64,000 nt of DNA from an uncultured Planctomycetota bacterium (GTDB lineage Bacteria > Planctomycetota > Planctomycetia > Isosphaerales > Isosphaeraceae): the NCBI GenBank assembly GCA_963823665.1, contig CAWGMQ010000010.1:672001-736000 (forward strand). Direction: 5' to 3'. The notes below the pieces were generated by a model. That model was not told the origin of the DNA, made no database searches, and saw nothing but the letters and a program-made list of their open reading frames with translations. Position 1 is the stretch's first letter, and each line of letters starts with the position of its first letter. Positions 1-13,392 of this stretch are shown here, piece after piece. Made by a program: the position numbers and the translations under genes.

Positions 1-226
1 CCCGATCTTCGAACTCACCCTGTGATGGTCGTTCGAACTCGCCCTGCCAACCGCCCGCAGTCGCCAGAACTCTAGCTCGCCACTCTTCGGCCGTCATCTC
101 CTGCTTCGGGCCGACTGCCTCGATCGTGACCCGCACCTCTCGGTCCGCCTGATCCGCTCCTAGAGGAAGACTGAGTTGTAGCACCCCTTCGGCACTCAGA
201 CGCCGTTCCACAATAATCCGAGTCAT
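1..226 (-). CDS. Small antitoxin-like protein (VapB-type), 3' end runs off the window
   Basis: Manual translation from the ATG at 226: MTRIIVERRLSAEGVLQLSLPLGADQADREVRVTIEAVGPKQEMTAEEWRARVLATAGGWQGEFERPSQGEFEDR. This resembles short antitoxins found upstream of PIN toxins. Absent from the ORF track because it is truncated. Confidence 0.6.
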   Translation of the reverse strand, partial: MTRIIVERRLSAEGVLQLSLPLGADQADREVRVTIEAVGPKQEMTAEEWRARVLATAGGWQGEFERPSQGEFEDR

Positions 227-533
227 AAGTTTACTCCTGATCGGGACGATACCCGTATTGTACGCACCGGCCCGATGGCTCGCCCAGCAGCTACCAGCGC
301 GAACCAAGCACGAGGCGCCACACCAGATTCGCCCCGATCGTCGCGGGTGGAGGCCTGGGCTATTCCAAGCTGGGAACCCGATCATTCGAGTGAAACTCTC
401 TGTGGGAGCGGAGCGAGAATCGGCTCCTTACGCGACACACTCGGCCGAATCCCACTTCAACGCAGCGGCGGCCCGCTACTCGATCGCGAGGGTCAACTGA
501 TTCGATTCGAGCCAGCCAAGCCACAAGGGCAGC

Positions 534-1169
534 TCACGACTGGCTTTCCCAAACCAGTTCACGAGAACCTCCGAATGCCAGGTTGTGCGGGTAATAGTTC
601 AGACGCACGTTGATCTGTTTGCACGTGGCCGGAATGTTGAGCTTTGAGCTTGTTTCGTAAAAGATCCCCACATGATAAAAAACGCCTTCGCGACCAGTTT
701 CGGTGCTCACGCGGGTTCCGTGACCCTCCTGAGACTCTTGAACGCGACCGGCCAAATCGATCTCTTTCGAGAACGATTGTCCCGGCTTGAGAATCACGAA
801 ACGGCTGGATAACTCCGACGGCGAAGGCGCGGAAAGCGACTCTTGTTGATAGCGCGGGATGGCCGCGCCCGTCCCGTCGGTCACGTACCAGCCCACATGA
901 ACGCTGAAGTCGCGGTCCCACGCCAACGGACGATCGCAAGTATTTGTCACTGTCGCCCGAACGACAACACGATCGCGTCGCGGATTCCCGGCGGCCGAGA
1001 GCGTGATCGCAAGTCCAGAGGCGGGTTTTTCCGCCACGGAAAGGCTCTCCCTCACCACCGAATAAAATGCCTGCGCCTTCGGGTCAATCGCCGGCTCCGG
1101 CTCGTCCGGCCCACACGCATTCAGCACGAAACAGACGCAAAGCGCCGAGACCCTCGCGATTCTTCGCAC
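534..1169 (-). CDS. Hypothetical exported protein / lipoprotein
   Basis: C-terminal part of ORF 534..1661. GTG at 1169 gives VRRIARVSALCVCFVLNACG, a signal peptide with a lipobox-like LNAC. Confidence 0.5.
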   Translation of the reverse strand: MRRIARVSALCVCFVLNACGPDEPEPAIDPKAQAFYSVVRESLSVAEKPASGLAITLSAAGNPRRDRVVVRATVTNTCDRPLAWDRDFSVHVGWYVTDGTGAAIPRYQQESLSAPSPSELSSRFVILKPGQSFSKEIDLAGRVQESQEGHGTRVSTETGREGVFYHVGIFYETSSKLNIPATCKQINVRLNYYPHNLAFGGSRELVWESQS

Positions 1170-1264
1170 GACCGGACCCCTTTTTCTCTCAAAGGACGGC
1201 CCCAACTCGAACCGGTGAAATCCGTATTCAGTCTCCACGCTTTTCCACGTCGCAAACCACGAAT

Positions 1265-2131
1265 TCAGCGCGTCGACACCGCCTTCTGGACGAACTCGAA
1301 CAACATCTTCGTCCCCGGATCCTCCGGCAGCCCGATATCCGCATTGACCTTGTTGTGAGTCGACTCCCGGGCACCATAAACGCTGACAGGAACGCCTGCC
1401 TCCTTGAGCACGCTCGCCAGGCGCTGTGCTTGCGCACTGGTATCCGGATGGTCGGCAACATGCATGATCAAGAACGGTGGTATACCTTTGTCCTTCGCCA
1501 CGTGGGTCACGGCCGAGAAATCCCGATGCTTCGCCGGGTCGTTGCCGAACTTCTCGCGATGGCCGAACTTGAGCTGCGGCTGACCGTGAACCCGACGCCG
1601 GGTCTCGGCGGTCTCGATGATGGCTGGGATGTCGTAGGTGTCTCCATCGACGGGCACGCACCCCTTCACGATCGCCAGCGACAGCCCCTCGGCCTTCAAG
1701 TAGCGATCGTCAGTGCAGACGAGCGCGGCGAGCTGTGCACCAGCGGAGTGACCCATGATGAACAAACGCGTCGGATCGCCCCCATACTCGGCAATGTGCG
1801 CGTGCACCCAGTGAATTGACTTCGCGACGTCGCGCACGATGGTTTCCATGTCGACCTGAGGCAGAAGCCGATAGTTGGTCGAGACGAACACGAACCCCTT
1901 GTCCATGAACGCCTGCGGCTTCAACTGCACGCTCGATTTGTCGCCCGTCTGCCAGCCGCCGCCGTGAATCCAGAACACAACGGGCAGGTTCTTCGCCTGC
2001 GGCGGCGCGTAGACATCGAGCATCTGCCGCTCGTCCGCCGGCTCCGCATAAGGAATGTTGCGTTTGATCTCCTGAGCTTGAGCCTCGATCGTGAATGCAA
2101 ATGCGACGAGCAACAGCGAAAGGTATTTCAC
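1265..2131 (-). CDS. Secreted alpha/beta hydrolase (esterase/lipase, BD-FAE-like)
   Basis: HGGGW oxyanion motif, GHSAG nucleophile elbow and signal peptide [19 protein letters not shown] from the GTG at 2131. Confidence 0.9.
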   Translation of the reverse strand: MKYLSLLLVAFAFTIEAQAQEIKRNIPYAEPADERQMLDVYAPPQAKNLPVVFWIHGGGWQTGDKSSVQLKPQAFMDKGFVFVSTNYRLLPQVDMETIVRDVAKSIHWVHAHIAEYGGDPTRLFIMGHSAGAQLAALVCTDDRYLKAEGLSLAIVKGCVPVDGDTYDIPAIIETAETRRRVHGQPQLKFGHREKFGNDPAKHRDFSAVTHVAKDKGIPPFLIMHVADHPDTSAQAQRLASVLKEAGVPVSVYGARESTHNKVNADIGLPEDPGTKMLFEFVQKAVSTR

Positions 2132-2291
2132 GGGTTTTGTCTCCTTGACCGGTGGGAAGCACATATTGTATGCGCCGACCCGACGGCTTTCCCAGCCGTC
2201 ACCCATCCCCGCGTCGTGGCTCCAGAGCAGACGGGTGCGCGTGTCAGAGATCGGCCGCGCCTGTGTATAAAGGATCAAGAAGGCGCACACG

Positions 2292-2888
2292 ATGGGCTCA
2301 ACTCCGGAAACACGACCAAGCTTGTTGATCCGCGTCCGCGATCCGGCGGATCAGGCGGCGTGGCAGGAGTTCGTCGAGATCTACCAGCCTGTTATCCTTC
2401 GGCTGGCCCGCCAGAAGGGGATGCAGGAGGCCGATGCGGACGACGTCGCACAGGAGATCCTGGTCGCCGTTGCCAGAGCGGTCGAGCAGCGAGAACATGA
2501 TCCCAAACGAGCGAAGTTTCGCACCTGGCTGGGCCGGGTGGCTCACAACGCGATTCTCAATGCGCTGACTCGCGGCAAGCCGGATCGCGGCTCGGGGGAT
2601 CCCGCACTCCTCGCGGTGCTCGATCAACGTGAGTCAAAGACCGGGCCTGATTCCGAGCTGCTGCGGCTCGAGCACCGGCGGGAAGTCTTTCGCTGGGCCG
2701 TGCGCCAGGTTCGCAAGGAATTTCAGCAGACCACGTGGGACGCATTCTGGCTGACCGCCGTCGAGGGACGGGCTGTCGAGGCCGTGGCGGCAGAACTCGA
2801 CAAGAACCCGGGCGCGATCTACGCGGCACGAAGCCGCGTGATGCGGCGAATCCTGGAAAAGGTGACCGAGTACGCGCAGGAAACATAG
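2292..2888 (+). CDS. ECF RNA polymerase sigma factor (planctomycete kinase-associated type)
   Basis: [12 protein letters not shown]-terminus, region 2 [13 protein letters not shown] and region 4 [13 protein letters not shown]. Lies directly upstream of a Ser/Thr kinase. Confidence 0.92.
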   Translation: MGSTPETRPSLLIRVRDPADQAAWQEFVEIYQPVILRLARQKGMQEADADDVAQEILVAVARAVEQREHDPKRAKFRTWLGRVAHNAILNALTRGKPDRGSGDPALLAVLDQRESKTGPDSELLRLEHRREVFRWAVRQVRKEFQQTTWDAFWLTAVEGRAVEAVAAELDKNPGAIYAARSRVMRRILEKVTEYAQET

Positions 2889-2945
2889 GGCGGTGCGTGT
2901 CAGATTTCGGCGCCTCGTGTGTATAGGTTGCCGGGAGGTCAATCC

Positions 2946-6721
<3,776 letters not shown>

Positions 6722-6794
6722 ACCGCTGGTGCTCGCGCCCGATCAATTGAATCGTGTCAATTCCATCTCACGTCGTTCGTCAGGAGTGATCGTC

Positions 6795-8093
6795 ATGATC
6801 GCCGCAGTTGGTCTGGGCCTGCTGGGACTGGTTCTTTGCCAGGCGCCGCGCGGTGCTGACTCGAGCCAGTCACCACCGGCTGCGGCGGCGCCGGCAGCGG
6901 CTGCACCGACAGACACCACGCCGGGCGCGTCAAAATCATGGAATTTCAAGACAGGAGCAAGCATCAAGACCATCGCCTGTTCGGAGGACGGCAAGCTCGT
7001 CGCTGTCGCGAATGGTGATCCGACGATGAACATGCTCGAAAATGGAACGAGCCGGCTCAAGGACGACTGGAAGCCGTCGGTGGAAATCCTGGACGCCCGG
7101 ACGGGGAAGACAGTCGCAGTTCCAAAGCTCACGACGGTTGCTGAAGATCTGGTGCTTGGGGCGACTCCACGATTCGAGGTCACGGCTCTCGCCTTTTCGC
7201 CCGATGGCAAGGTCGTGGCAGTCGGGACGAGTATTGGCCAGGTGAAACTGTACGACGCGCGGACCGGCGCGCTTCTTCGATTACTGGACGATCGCGCGGC
7301 AAAACTTGCGGACACGAAGACCCCGGAGAACTGGAAGTCGCTCGAGCGGGCGATGGGAAGCATTGCGTCATTGACGTTTTCGCCTGACGGCCGCCAGTTG
7401 GCCACGTGCGGCGGCTCGTTTGGCGACTTCTCTCGCGTTTTCGACAAATCCGAACGGTTGGACGAGCGGAGCACAGGCCCCGGCCGGCTCAAGATCTGGG
7501 ACGTGAAGACCGAAACGCTCAAGCATGATCTGGTCGGGCATAGCCACGCGAGCGCGCTCGCTTTTTCTCCGGATACGCGCTTGCTCGCCAGCGCCGGAAG
7601 CTGGCTGAGTGACGCAGAAACCGGGACCGGCGTGGTCATCTGGGATGCACAGACTTTCAAGAAGCTTCGCATTGTTTCGATCGAGGCGAACGGCGGTACC
7701 GATTCGGTCGCATTTTCCCTCGACGGCAAACTGATGGCGATGAGCTCACGTCATTTTGACAAAGACAAGGTGAGCGACCCAGGCACGAGTATCATCAGCC
7801 TGGCAAACGTCGGGTCGGGCATTGTTGAGTGGCGAAGAACACTCCCCGGTTGGGCAAAACCCGTGGCATTCCAGCGCAATGCCGTCTTGACGCTGACCGG
7901 CGGACAATTGATGCCGTTCCTGGAACTGAAGACGGGGAAGACGCTGTTCAGGATCAAGCGATCGGCCGACCCTCGCTACGGCGGACGCTGGAACGATTTC
8001 GTGATCGTGAAACAAGGCCAAATGTGGGTGACCGTTGGACAGGATTCCGACGGAAAAGGGACCGTCGGAATTATTGATCCCGATGGTCCTTGA
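6795..8093 (+). CDS. Kinase-less paralogue of the kinase ectodomain: TM/signal, Pro/Ala linker and WD40-like beta-propeller
   Basis: GGAG then ATG at 6795 (MIAAVGLGLLGLVL). Long near-identical blocks shared with the second propeller of the kinase (TIACSEDGKLVA, HDLVGHSHAS). Confidence 0.85.
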   Translation: MIAAVGLGLLGLVLCQAPRGADSSQSPPAAAAPAAAAPTDTTPGASKSWNFKTGASIKTIACSEDGKLVAVANGDPTMNMLENGTSRLKDDWKPSVEILDARTGKTVAVPKLTTVAEDLVLGATPRFEVTALAFSPDGKVVAVGTSIGQVKLYDARTGALLRLLDDRAAKLADTKTPENWKSLERAMGSIASLTFSPDGRQLATCGGSFGDFSRVFDKSERLDERSTGPGRLKIWDVKTETLKHDLVGHSHASALAFSPDTRLLASAGSWLSDAETGTGVVIWDAQTFKKLRIVSIEANGGTDSVAFSLDGKLMAMSSRHFDKDKVSDPGTSIISLANVGSGIVEWRRTLPGWAKPVAFQRNAVLTLTGGQLMPFLELKTGKTLFRIKRSADPRYGGRWNDFVIVKQGQMWVTVGQDSDGKGTVGIIDPDGP

Positions 8094-8171
8094 ACCGCTG
8101 GTGCTAGCGCCGCATCAAGGTCGCTGTGTCTTTTCTTCTCGATTTCACGTCGTTCGTCAGGAGTGATCGTC

Positions 8172-9494
8172 ATGATCGCCGCACTCGGTCTCGGTCTGCT
8201 GGAAGTGGTTTTTTGCCAGGAGCCGCGCGGTACTGATCCGAGCCAGACTCCACCGGCTGCTGCGGCGCCGGCCGTCGCGCCAGCAGCGGCTGCACCAGCA
8301 GAAAACACGCCCGACTCGTCAAAATCATGGAGTTTCAAAACGGGAGCGCGCATCAGGACCATCGCGTGCTCCGAGGACGGCAAGCTCGTTGCTGTCGCCA
8401 ATGGTAATCCGACGATGATCCTGCTCGAAAATGGAACGAGCCGGGTCAAAGACAACTGGAAGCCGTCGGCGGAAATCCTGGACGCCCGGACGGGGAAGAC
8501 GGTCGCCGTTCTGAAGCTCACGACGGCCGATGAAGACGCGGTGCTCGCGGCGACCGAGCGCGTCTCCCACTTCGAAGTAACGGCTCTCGCGTTTTCGCCC
8601 GACGGCAAGCTCGTGGCGGTTGGGACGAGCATCGGCCAGGTGAAACTCTACGACGCGCGGACTGGCGAGCTCTTGCGATTGCTGGACGATCAAGCGGCGA
8701 AACTTGCGGCCAAGAAGACTCCGGAGAACTGGAAGTCGCTCGAGCGGGCGATGGGAAGCGTTGCGTCATTGGCGTTCTCGGCCGACGGCCACCAGTTGAT
8801 CACGTGCGGCGGCTCGTTCGGCGACTTCTCTCGCGTTTTTGAGAAATCCGAACGGTTAGACGAGCGGCGCACAGATGCCGGCCGGCTCAAGGTCTGGGAT
8901 GTGAAGACCGAAACGCTCAAGCATGATCTGGTCGGGCACAGCCAAGCGAGCGCGGTCGCTTTTTCGCCGGATGGGACCGTGTTCGCCAGCGCCGGAAGGT
9001 GGCACAGCGATGCCGAATCCGGTACTGGCGTCGTCATCTGGAGCGCCGGCACTTTTGCGAAACTTCGTACCGTTTCGATCGAGGCAAACGGCGGAACTGA
9101 TTCGGTTGCATTCTCGCCTGACGGTAAACTGATGGTAATCAGCTCGCTGAATTTTGAAAGAGATAAGCTGGACGATTCCGGCACGAGCATCATCAGCCTG
9201 GCAGACGTCACCTCGGGCGTCGTGCACTGGCGGCGAACGAAGTCCGGCGGGCCGGAGCCGGTGGCATTCTATTCTGGCGCGGTCCTGGCGATGGGCGACC
9301 GCGGCCAATCGATGTGGCTTTTTCAGATCGAGGCAGGAACGATTTTGAGCCAGCTCACTCGAGCGGCCGATCCTGTTCCAGGCGGAAGATGGAACGATTT
9401 CACGTTCGCGAAACGAGGCTGCATGTGGGTCATCGGCGGCGAGGATGCTGACAAAAAAGGGACCATCGAAGTCATGTACCCTGAAGGTTCGTGA
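8172..9494 (+). CDS. Second kinase-less paralogue: TM/signal, linker and WD40-like beta-propeller
   Basis: Same TCAGGAGTGATCGTCATGATCGCCGCA start context and same propeller blocks, with a diverged C-terminus. Confidence 0.85.
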   Translation: MIAALGLGLLEVVFCQEPRGTDPSQTPPAAAAPAVAPAAAAPAENTPDSSKSWSFKTGARIRTIACSEDGKLVAVANGNPTMILLENGTSRVKDNWKPSAEILDARTGKTVAVLKLTTADEDAVLAATERVSHFEVTALAFSPDGKLVAVGTSIGQVKLYDARTGELLRLLDDQAAKLAAKKTPENWKSLERAMGSVASLAFSADGHQLITCGGSFGDFSRVFEKSERLDERRTDAGRLKVWDVKTETLKHDLVGHSQASAVAFSPDGTVFASAGRWHSDAESGTGVVIWSAGTFAKLRTVSIEANGGTDSVAFSPDGKLMVISSLNFERDKLDDSGTSIISLADVTSGVVHWRRTKSGGPEPVAFYSGAVLAMGDRGQSMWLFQIEAGTILSQLTRAADPVPGGRWNDFTFAKRGCMWVIGGEDADKKGTIEVMYPEGS

Positions 9495-9717
9495 AATCTT
9501 CGACGCATGACACTTCCGCGCGGTACCTCGGGTTAAATCGACCGGACATAATCAAGCGAATCCGTCCGTTCGGTGGAAAGGTGGGCCTGCGGTGAACCAT
9601 CATTCATCGCGTCGGCGCCGGCTGCTGATCGTTGTGGCAATCGCGACCTTGGGAGGTGAGCTCACGCCCGCGACCGGTCAGCAGGAACTTCGGCGAGATG
9701 GCGAGAATCACGCCGGC

Positions 9718-9783
9718 CTGCGGCAGGAGTCGATAGTTGATGGAGACGAAGACGAACGCCTCGTCCATGAACGCCCGCGGCTG
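9718..9783 (-). pseudogene. Relic of an alpha/beta hydrolase paralogous to 1265..2131
   Basis: PRAFMDEAFVFVSINYRLLPQ here versus [21 protein letters not shown] at ~1856-1920. No complete ORF surrounds it. Confidence 0.7.
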
Positions 9784-10339
9784 CCGCCGAAGCAGTGGCC
9801 TGTTGGCTTTGCGGGGAGAGATTATGTCTCCCACGGGATTCGCTCGAGATGGTTCAGCCAGTAGTGAATATGCGGACACTTCGCCCGAATTGTGGGTAGT
9901 CCAATGTACGCTGCGATATCCGGTCCTGCCGATGAATTACGACCCTCGTATTCAGGAATTAGCGCGATAATCCGCTTGGAGGGGGCTGTCTCCCTTCCAT
10001 CGTTGATGTGTTCAATGCCTGGTTCGGACGCCGCAATGCGGTTCAGTTCCTGAATTTGCTCTTCGCAGTTCTCAAATGACCGTCGAAATGCTTCAGGATC
10101 ACTGAACAATTGCTTCATGAAGCACGAGGTTCGGAATGAATCGGTAATAATTGATGTCCGAGCCAAACGCAGATTCGAGGGCCGCGACGTAGATAGTCGG
10201 GTTGGCCCGGTCCCTCAGATTTACCGCCTTTCCCGGAAAGTCATCGGGCAAACCGTAGACGTCAAAAAATGTTGTGAAATAAACGTTCTTCCCCTGTCGA
10301 CCCTTGATGGTGTTCTGAATGAACTTGCCGACCCCTTTA

Positions 10340-10487
10340 GGAACGGGCCGGAACCAAATTCCGTCGATTTACGTGAAGTGCGCCGCGGAGCGGCACAAAG
10401 ACCGTTCCGACGCAGAGCGTCGGAACGAGGGCTTTCCGTCGTGGTAGGATTGAGACCGAAATCGGGAAGTTATTTCCGGCCTGTTCC
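10340..10487. mobile_element. 148-bp MITE with 14-bp terminal inverted repeats and a TTA target duplication
   Basis: Left end GGAACGGGCCGGAA, right end TTCCGGCCTGTTCC (one mismatch). TTA at 10337-10339 and 10488-10490. Removing the element plus one TTA restores the DUF4276 frame. Confidence 0.85.
10403..10427. repeat. REP-like palindrome inside the MITE
   Basis: CGTTCCGACGC-AGA-GCGTCGGAACG, a perfect 11-bp stem. Confidence 0.7.
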
Positions 10488-10658
10488 TTAGCGCCACCAT
10501 ACTTCTTCTTGGTGCCCAAGCCGTACACGTGGTGGTGGTCTTTTGCACCAACCGCCAAAGTGTGGATCAGTCCGTCACCTTGAGGGAATAGAAACGGCTG
10601 CAACAACTGCGTACAGAACCCCTGCTCCGTCGCCCCTCACAGAAGACGTTGAGTTGCT

Positions 10659-11774
10659 TCAAGGCAAAGGGCCTCCTCCAACGACGTTTGGCTGCCACAG
10701 CTCGCCAATCGAGTAGTCTTCCAACCAGTCCTTGAGCTTGTCGGGGTCGAGCCGTTCGAATGTGGTTCGCCCGTTCTGGCATTCAACAGTAACAATCTCG
10801 GCCGGCTCAAAGAAATCGAGAAACGTCTGCGATTGAGTCGCCACGATGACTTGGGTCTTCTCCGCCGCTGCGCGCATCAAGCCTGCGACGATTTCCAGGG
10901 CGTGCGGGTGCAACCCAAGCTCAGGCTCGTCAAGAATCAGCACCTCGGGCAGAAATTCCTCCGGTTGGAGGAACAACATGCAGAGAGCCATCGCCCGGAT
11001 CGTACCATCTGAAATCTGGTGCGCTCCAAAGAGGTACTCAAAGCCTCGCTTACGCCAGTCTAAGATGATTTCGTTCGGATTGAGGCGACTCGGACCCAGA
11101 TCGAAATCGCCAAACTCTGGTAGTACCTTCCGCATCGTAGAGACGATTCGGTCGTAGACCATCGGAAAACGCTCCCGATAGCCGTAAAGCATGGCAGAGA
11201 GGTTGCCCGCATCCGGCATCAACGACCGGTTGTCGTTTATGTAGCAAAAATTTCGAATCCGAGCGCTCGGCGAGGTGTCGTGAAAGTGGTAGACGCGGCA
11301 GTCATTCAGAATGCGCCGGAAGGCTTTGGCGGTATCGTTGCCTTGGATCGCAAGCTCTACGATTCGCGTTTCGGCGTGGCCTGCTCCCAGCGACATCGGG
11401 GGCCGATGCGGACCGGACCAATCATGCTTCGTGTAGTCAAGAGACTCGTCTGCAAACAAAAGAACGTCGTTGGCCGCATGAAAAAGCCGCATGTGATAGG
11501 TGTCGAGGACATCGCGCTCCTCGAATTCCAGTGTCGCTTCCAGTTGCGGCGTCACCTTCGGTCCAAAATGAAGAGCCGAATAACCCCGGCCCGTCTTGCC
11601 GATGTATTCTTGCAGCCGCCCTCCCATCATCTCGTTCAGCATTTTGAAGAACGAGACGAAATTGCTCTTACCAGCACCGTTGGCCCCGATCAACACGTTC
11701 AGTCTGGTTAGATCGAGACTCGCATCCTTGATGGAGCGGTAGCCGTTGATCTCAATCTTTCGTAGTATTGCCAT
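10659..11774 (-). CDS. AAA_21 / SMC-like ABC ATPase
   Basis: GYRSI N-terminus, Walker A GANGAGKSN, signature ISDGT, Walker B ILDEPELGLHP and VIVATQS. Confidence 0.92.
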   Translation of the reverse strand: MAILRKIEINGYRSIKDASLDLTRLNVLIGANGAGKSNFVSFFKMLNEMMGGRLQEYIGKTGRGYSALHFGPKVTPQLEATLEFEERDVLDTYHMRLFHAANDVLLFADESLDYTKHDWSGPHRPPMSLGAGHAETRIVELAIQGNDTAKAFRRILNDCRVYHFHDTSPSARIRNFCYINDNRSLMPDAGNLSAMLYGYRERFPMVYDRIVSTMRKVLPEFGDFDLGPSRLNPNEIILDWRKRGFEYLFGAHQISDGTIRAMALCMLFLQPEEFLPEVLILDEPELGLHPHALEIVAGLMRAAAEKTQVIVATQSQTFLDFFEPAEIVTVECQNGRTTFERLDPDKLKDWLEDYSIGELWQPNVVGGGPLP

Positions 11775-12038
11775 TTCTCGTCTCCTGCCCGACCTCCCTG
11801 TTGAGACCTAGCCGATCGAGCTTTACGTGAGGGACGCGCAAACTCTAAGTCTTGTTCGGCCGGCGGAGGCCGTCGAGATTCTTGTCCGTTGCCGTTCTGG
11901 GCCGTGATTATTGTATCCCGGTGAGTTTCGCGCGGTAAGCTACTCTGTCGCGCCGCGCGGTGGAGACCGAAGTGCTACTTACCGGATGCGGAATGCCAAG
12001 TGGGTAGTTCTCAGTGCCGCGTTGATGGGAAGGAATTC

Positions 12039-12290
12039 ATGATCAACGTAACTTACGGCAAATTGGACAGAGTCCTGCGTACTCTCGGATTCTCCTGCCG
12101 GACAGCAAACCTGCAGTCGGAAGCCTTCGTTTATGAGCACCAACATACCGGAGCGGTCGTCATCCTCCCGGCGGCGGCGGATCGTAAGAAGGCCTTGCCG
12201 CAGCACGTCGCGGCTGTGCAGGCGACACTCGCGGAGTATGAGATCGCCGACCCTCTGGCCCTTGCCGGGGAGCTGCAAAAGGCGAATTAA
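12039..12290 (+). CDS. Small hypothetical protein, possibly HicA-like
   Basis: AGGA then ATG at 12039. VTYGKLDRVLRTLGF...YEHQHTGAVVILP pattern recalls the HicA dsRBD-like fold. Confidence 0.45.
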   Translation: MINVTYGKLDRVLRTLGFSCRTANLQSEAFVYEHQHTGAVVILPAAADRKKALPQHVAAVQATLAEYEIADPLALAGELQKAN

Positions 12291-13153
12291 TCATCCCTCG
12301 ACCACCGCCGCGGCGGCGTCACTTCAAATTTGCCAGAAGGAGGGCTGAACCGGATGCCCATCTTCCAGAGCAGATCGGGCTGATGCTTGGCCAGCAGGTA
12401 TTTCATGACGACTTCGTCCGAGGGAGGCATTCCCGGATCCTGGAAGACCACGCACAAGCTCGCGACGGCGCGACGGGTCTTGGCGTCCCAGACTTCGAGC
12501 AGGCCGTGCGGGCGCCTCGGGATGCGATAGTACTTGTCGCCCGAGAGCACCGTCAGGCAGTCGAACTGGCAGAACTCGTGGAATTCCTTGGGCTCGACGA
12601 CGTTGCGCACCAGCTCGGCGGCGACCAGCTCGGGCACGCCGTCAGAATAGTTCGTGGCGTCGAGCCGCATCGGCTCGACCTCGTTCGTTGGCTGCGGCTG
12701 GCTCTTGCCTTCGATGACGCGGAAGATCTCCCACGCCACCAGCCGGGCATAACCGGCTCGCAGGGCAGGGCTGGTGATGACAAGCTGCGGGAACGAAGCC
12801 GCAGCACGCACCACTTCGGTGGCGAAGGCGGCTGCTTCGCGCTGAAGCTTCTCCATCCAGTAGCGCGGCATGCCGCCACGATCGCTTTCGGAGTAGCGAA
12901 ACGGCCGCGGGCCGACGTCGGGAATTCGCACGTCGATCTCGCCACCGTCCCGCTCAAGCGTTCGGAGCACCGCGTCGTACGCGCCCTCGCCGCGCACGAA
13001 CCGCTCGGCCGCGTCGGCGTGCCGCGTGTGCTTGATCCGGACGGTTCGAAAACTGGGACGGGCCAGAAAAATCACTTCACGCGACCGCTCGTCGTCGCGG
13101 CTACGAATGTCCTGGACGTCGATCTCCCAGCGCAGGTATCCCGTGCGGATCAT
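12287..13153 (-). CDS. Hypothetical partner of the small GG protein, with a C-terminal domain YYRI..LCVV..P..D..K.LL
   Basis: Its ATG (13153) overlaps the TGA of the upstream small gene (ATGA), indicating translational coupling. GC3-rich codon usage. Confidence 0.75.
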   Translation of the reverse strand: MIRTGYLRWEIDVQDIRSRDDERSREVIFLARPSFRTVRIKHTRHADAAERFVRGEGAYDAVLRTLERDGGEIDVRIPDVGPRPFRYSESDRGGMPRYWMEKLQREAAAFATEVVRAAASFPQLVITSPALRAGYARLVAWEIFRVIEGKSQPQPTNEVEPMRLDATNYSDGVPELVAAELVRNVVEPKEFHEFCQFDCLTVLSGDKYYRIPRRPHGLLEVWDAKTRRAVASLCVVFQDPGMPPSDEVVMKYLLAKHQPDLLWKMGIRFSPPSGKFEVTPPRRWSRDD

Positions 13154-13392
13154 CTGACCGGCCCGCAACCCCCTTGAATTGCCGGAACGATCAGAATTTC
13201 ACCCGCCGTCCTGTCGAACTGGCGAATGGGCGACGTGCGCCCCGGCCCGTCGAGGCGGAATGCCAAGCGGCCGGCAGTGAAATGCTCCGAGAAGGCGAGC
13301 TCGGCGGCCGCGACCGTTTCGGGAGCGTCCTTGTCCCACTCGGCCAGCGTCAAGTCGCCATGCCCTGTCTTGAGGAGTCTGAGCTTCGCCAT
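13150..13392 (-). CDS. 80-aa protein ending VPAIQGG-CGPVR (ubiquitin-like / sulfur-carrier-like candidate)
   Basis: Strong RBS GGAAGGAG before the ATG. Size and a terminal hydrophobic strand followed by GG fit a beta-grasp-type modifier. Confidence 0.7.
   Translation of the reverse strand: MAKLRLLKTGHGDLTLAEWDKDAPETVAAAELAFSEHFTAGRLAFRLDGPGRTSPIRQFDRTAGEILIVPAIQGGCGPVR

Larger units (their letters stand above)
9822..10662 (-). pseudogene. DUF4276-family (TOPRIM/RloB-like) protein, disrupted by a MITE and two indels
   Basis: TTG start overlaps the ATPase stop. Reconstructed LNVFCEGxTEQGF...KKYGGAK/GVGKFIQN...TTFFDVYGLPDDFPG...LHE..LFSDPEAF...INDGRETAPSKRI...IGLPTIRAKCPH, which are typical DUF4276 motifs. 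Confidence 0.8.
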
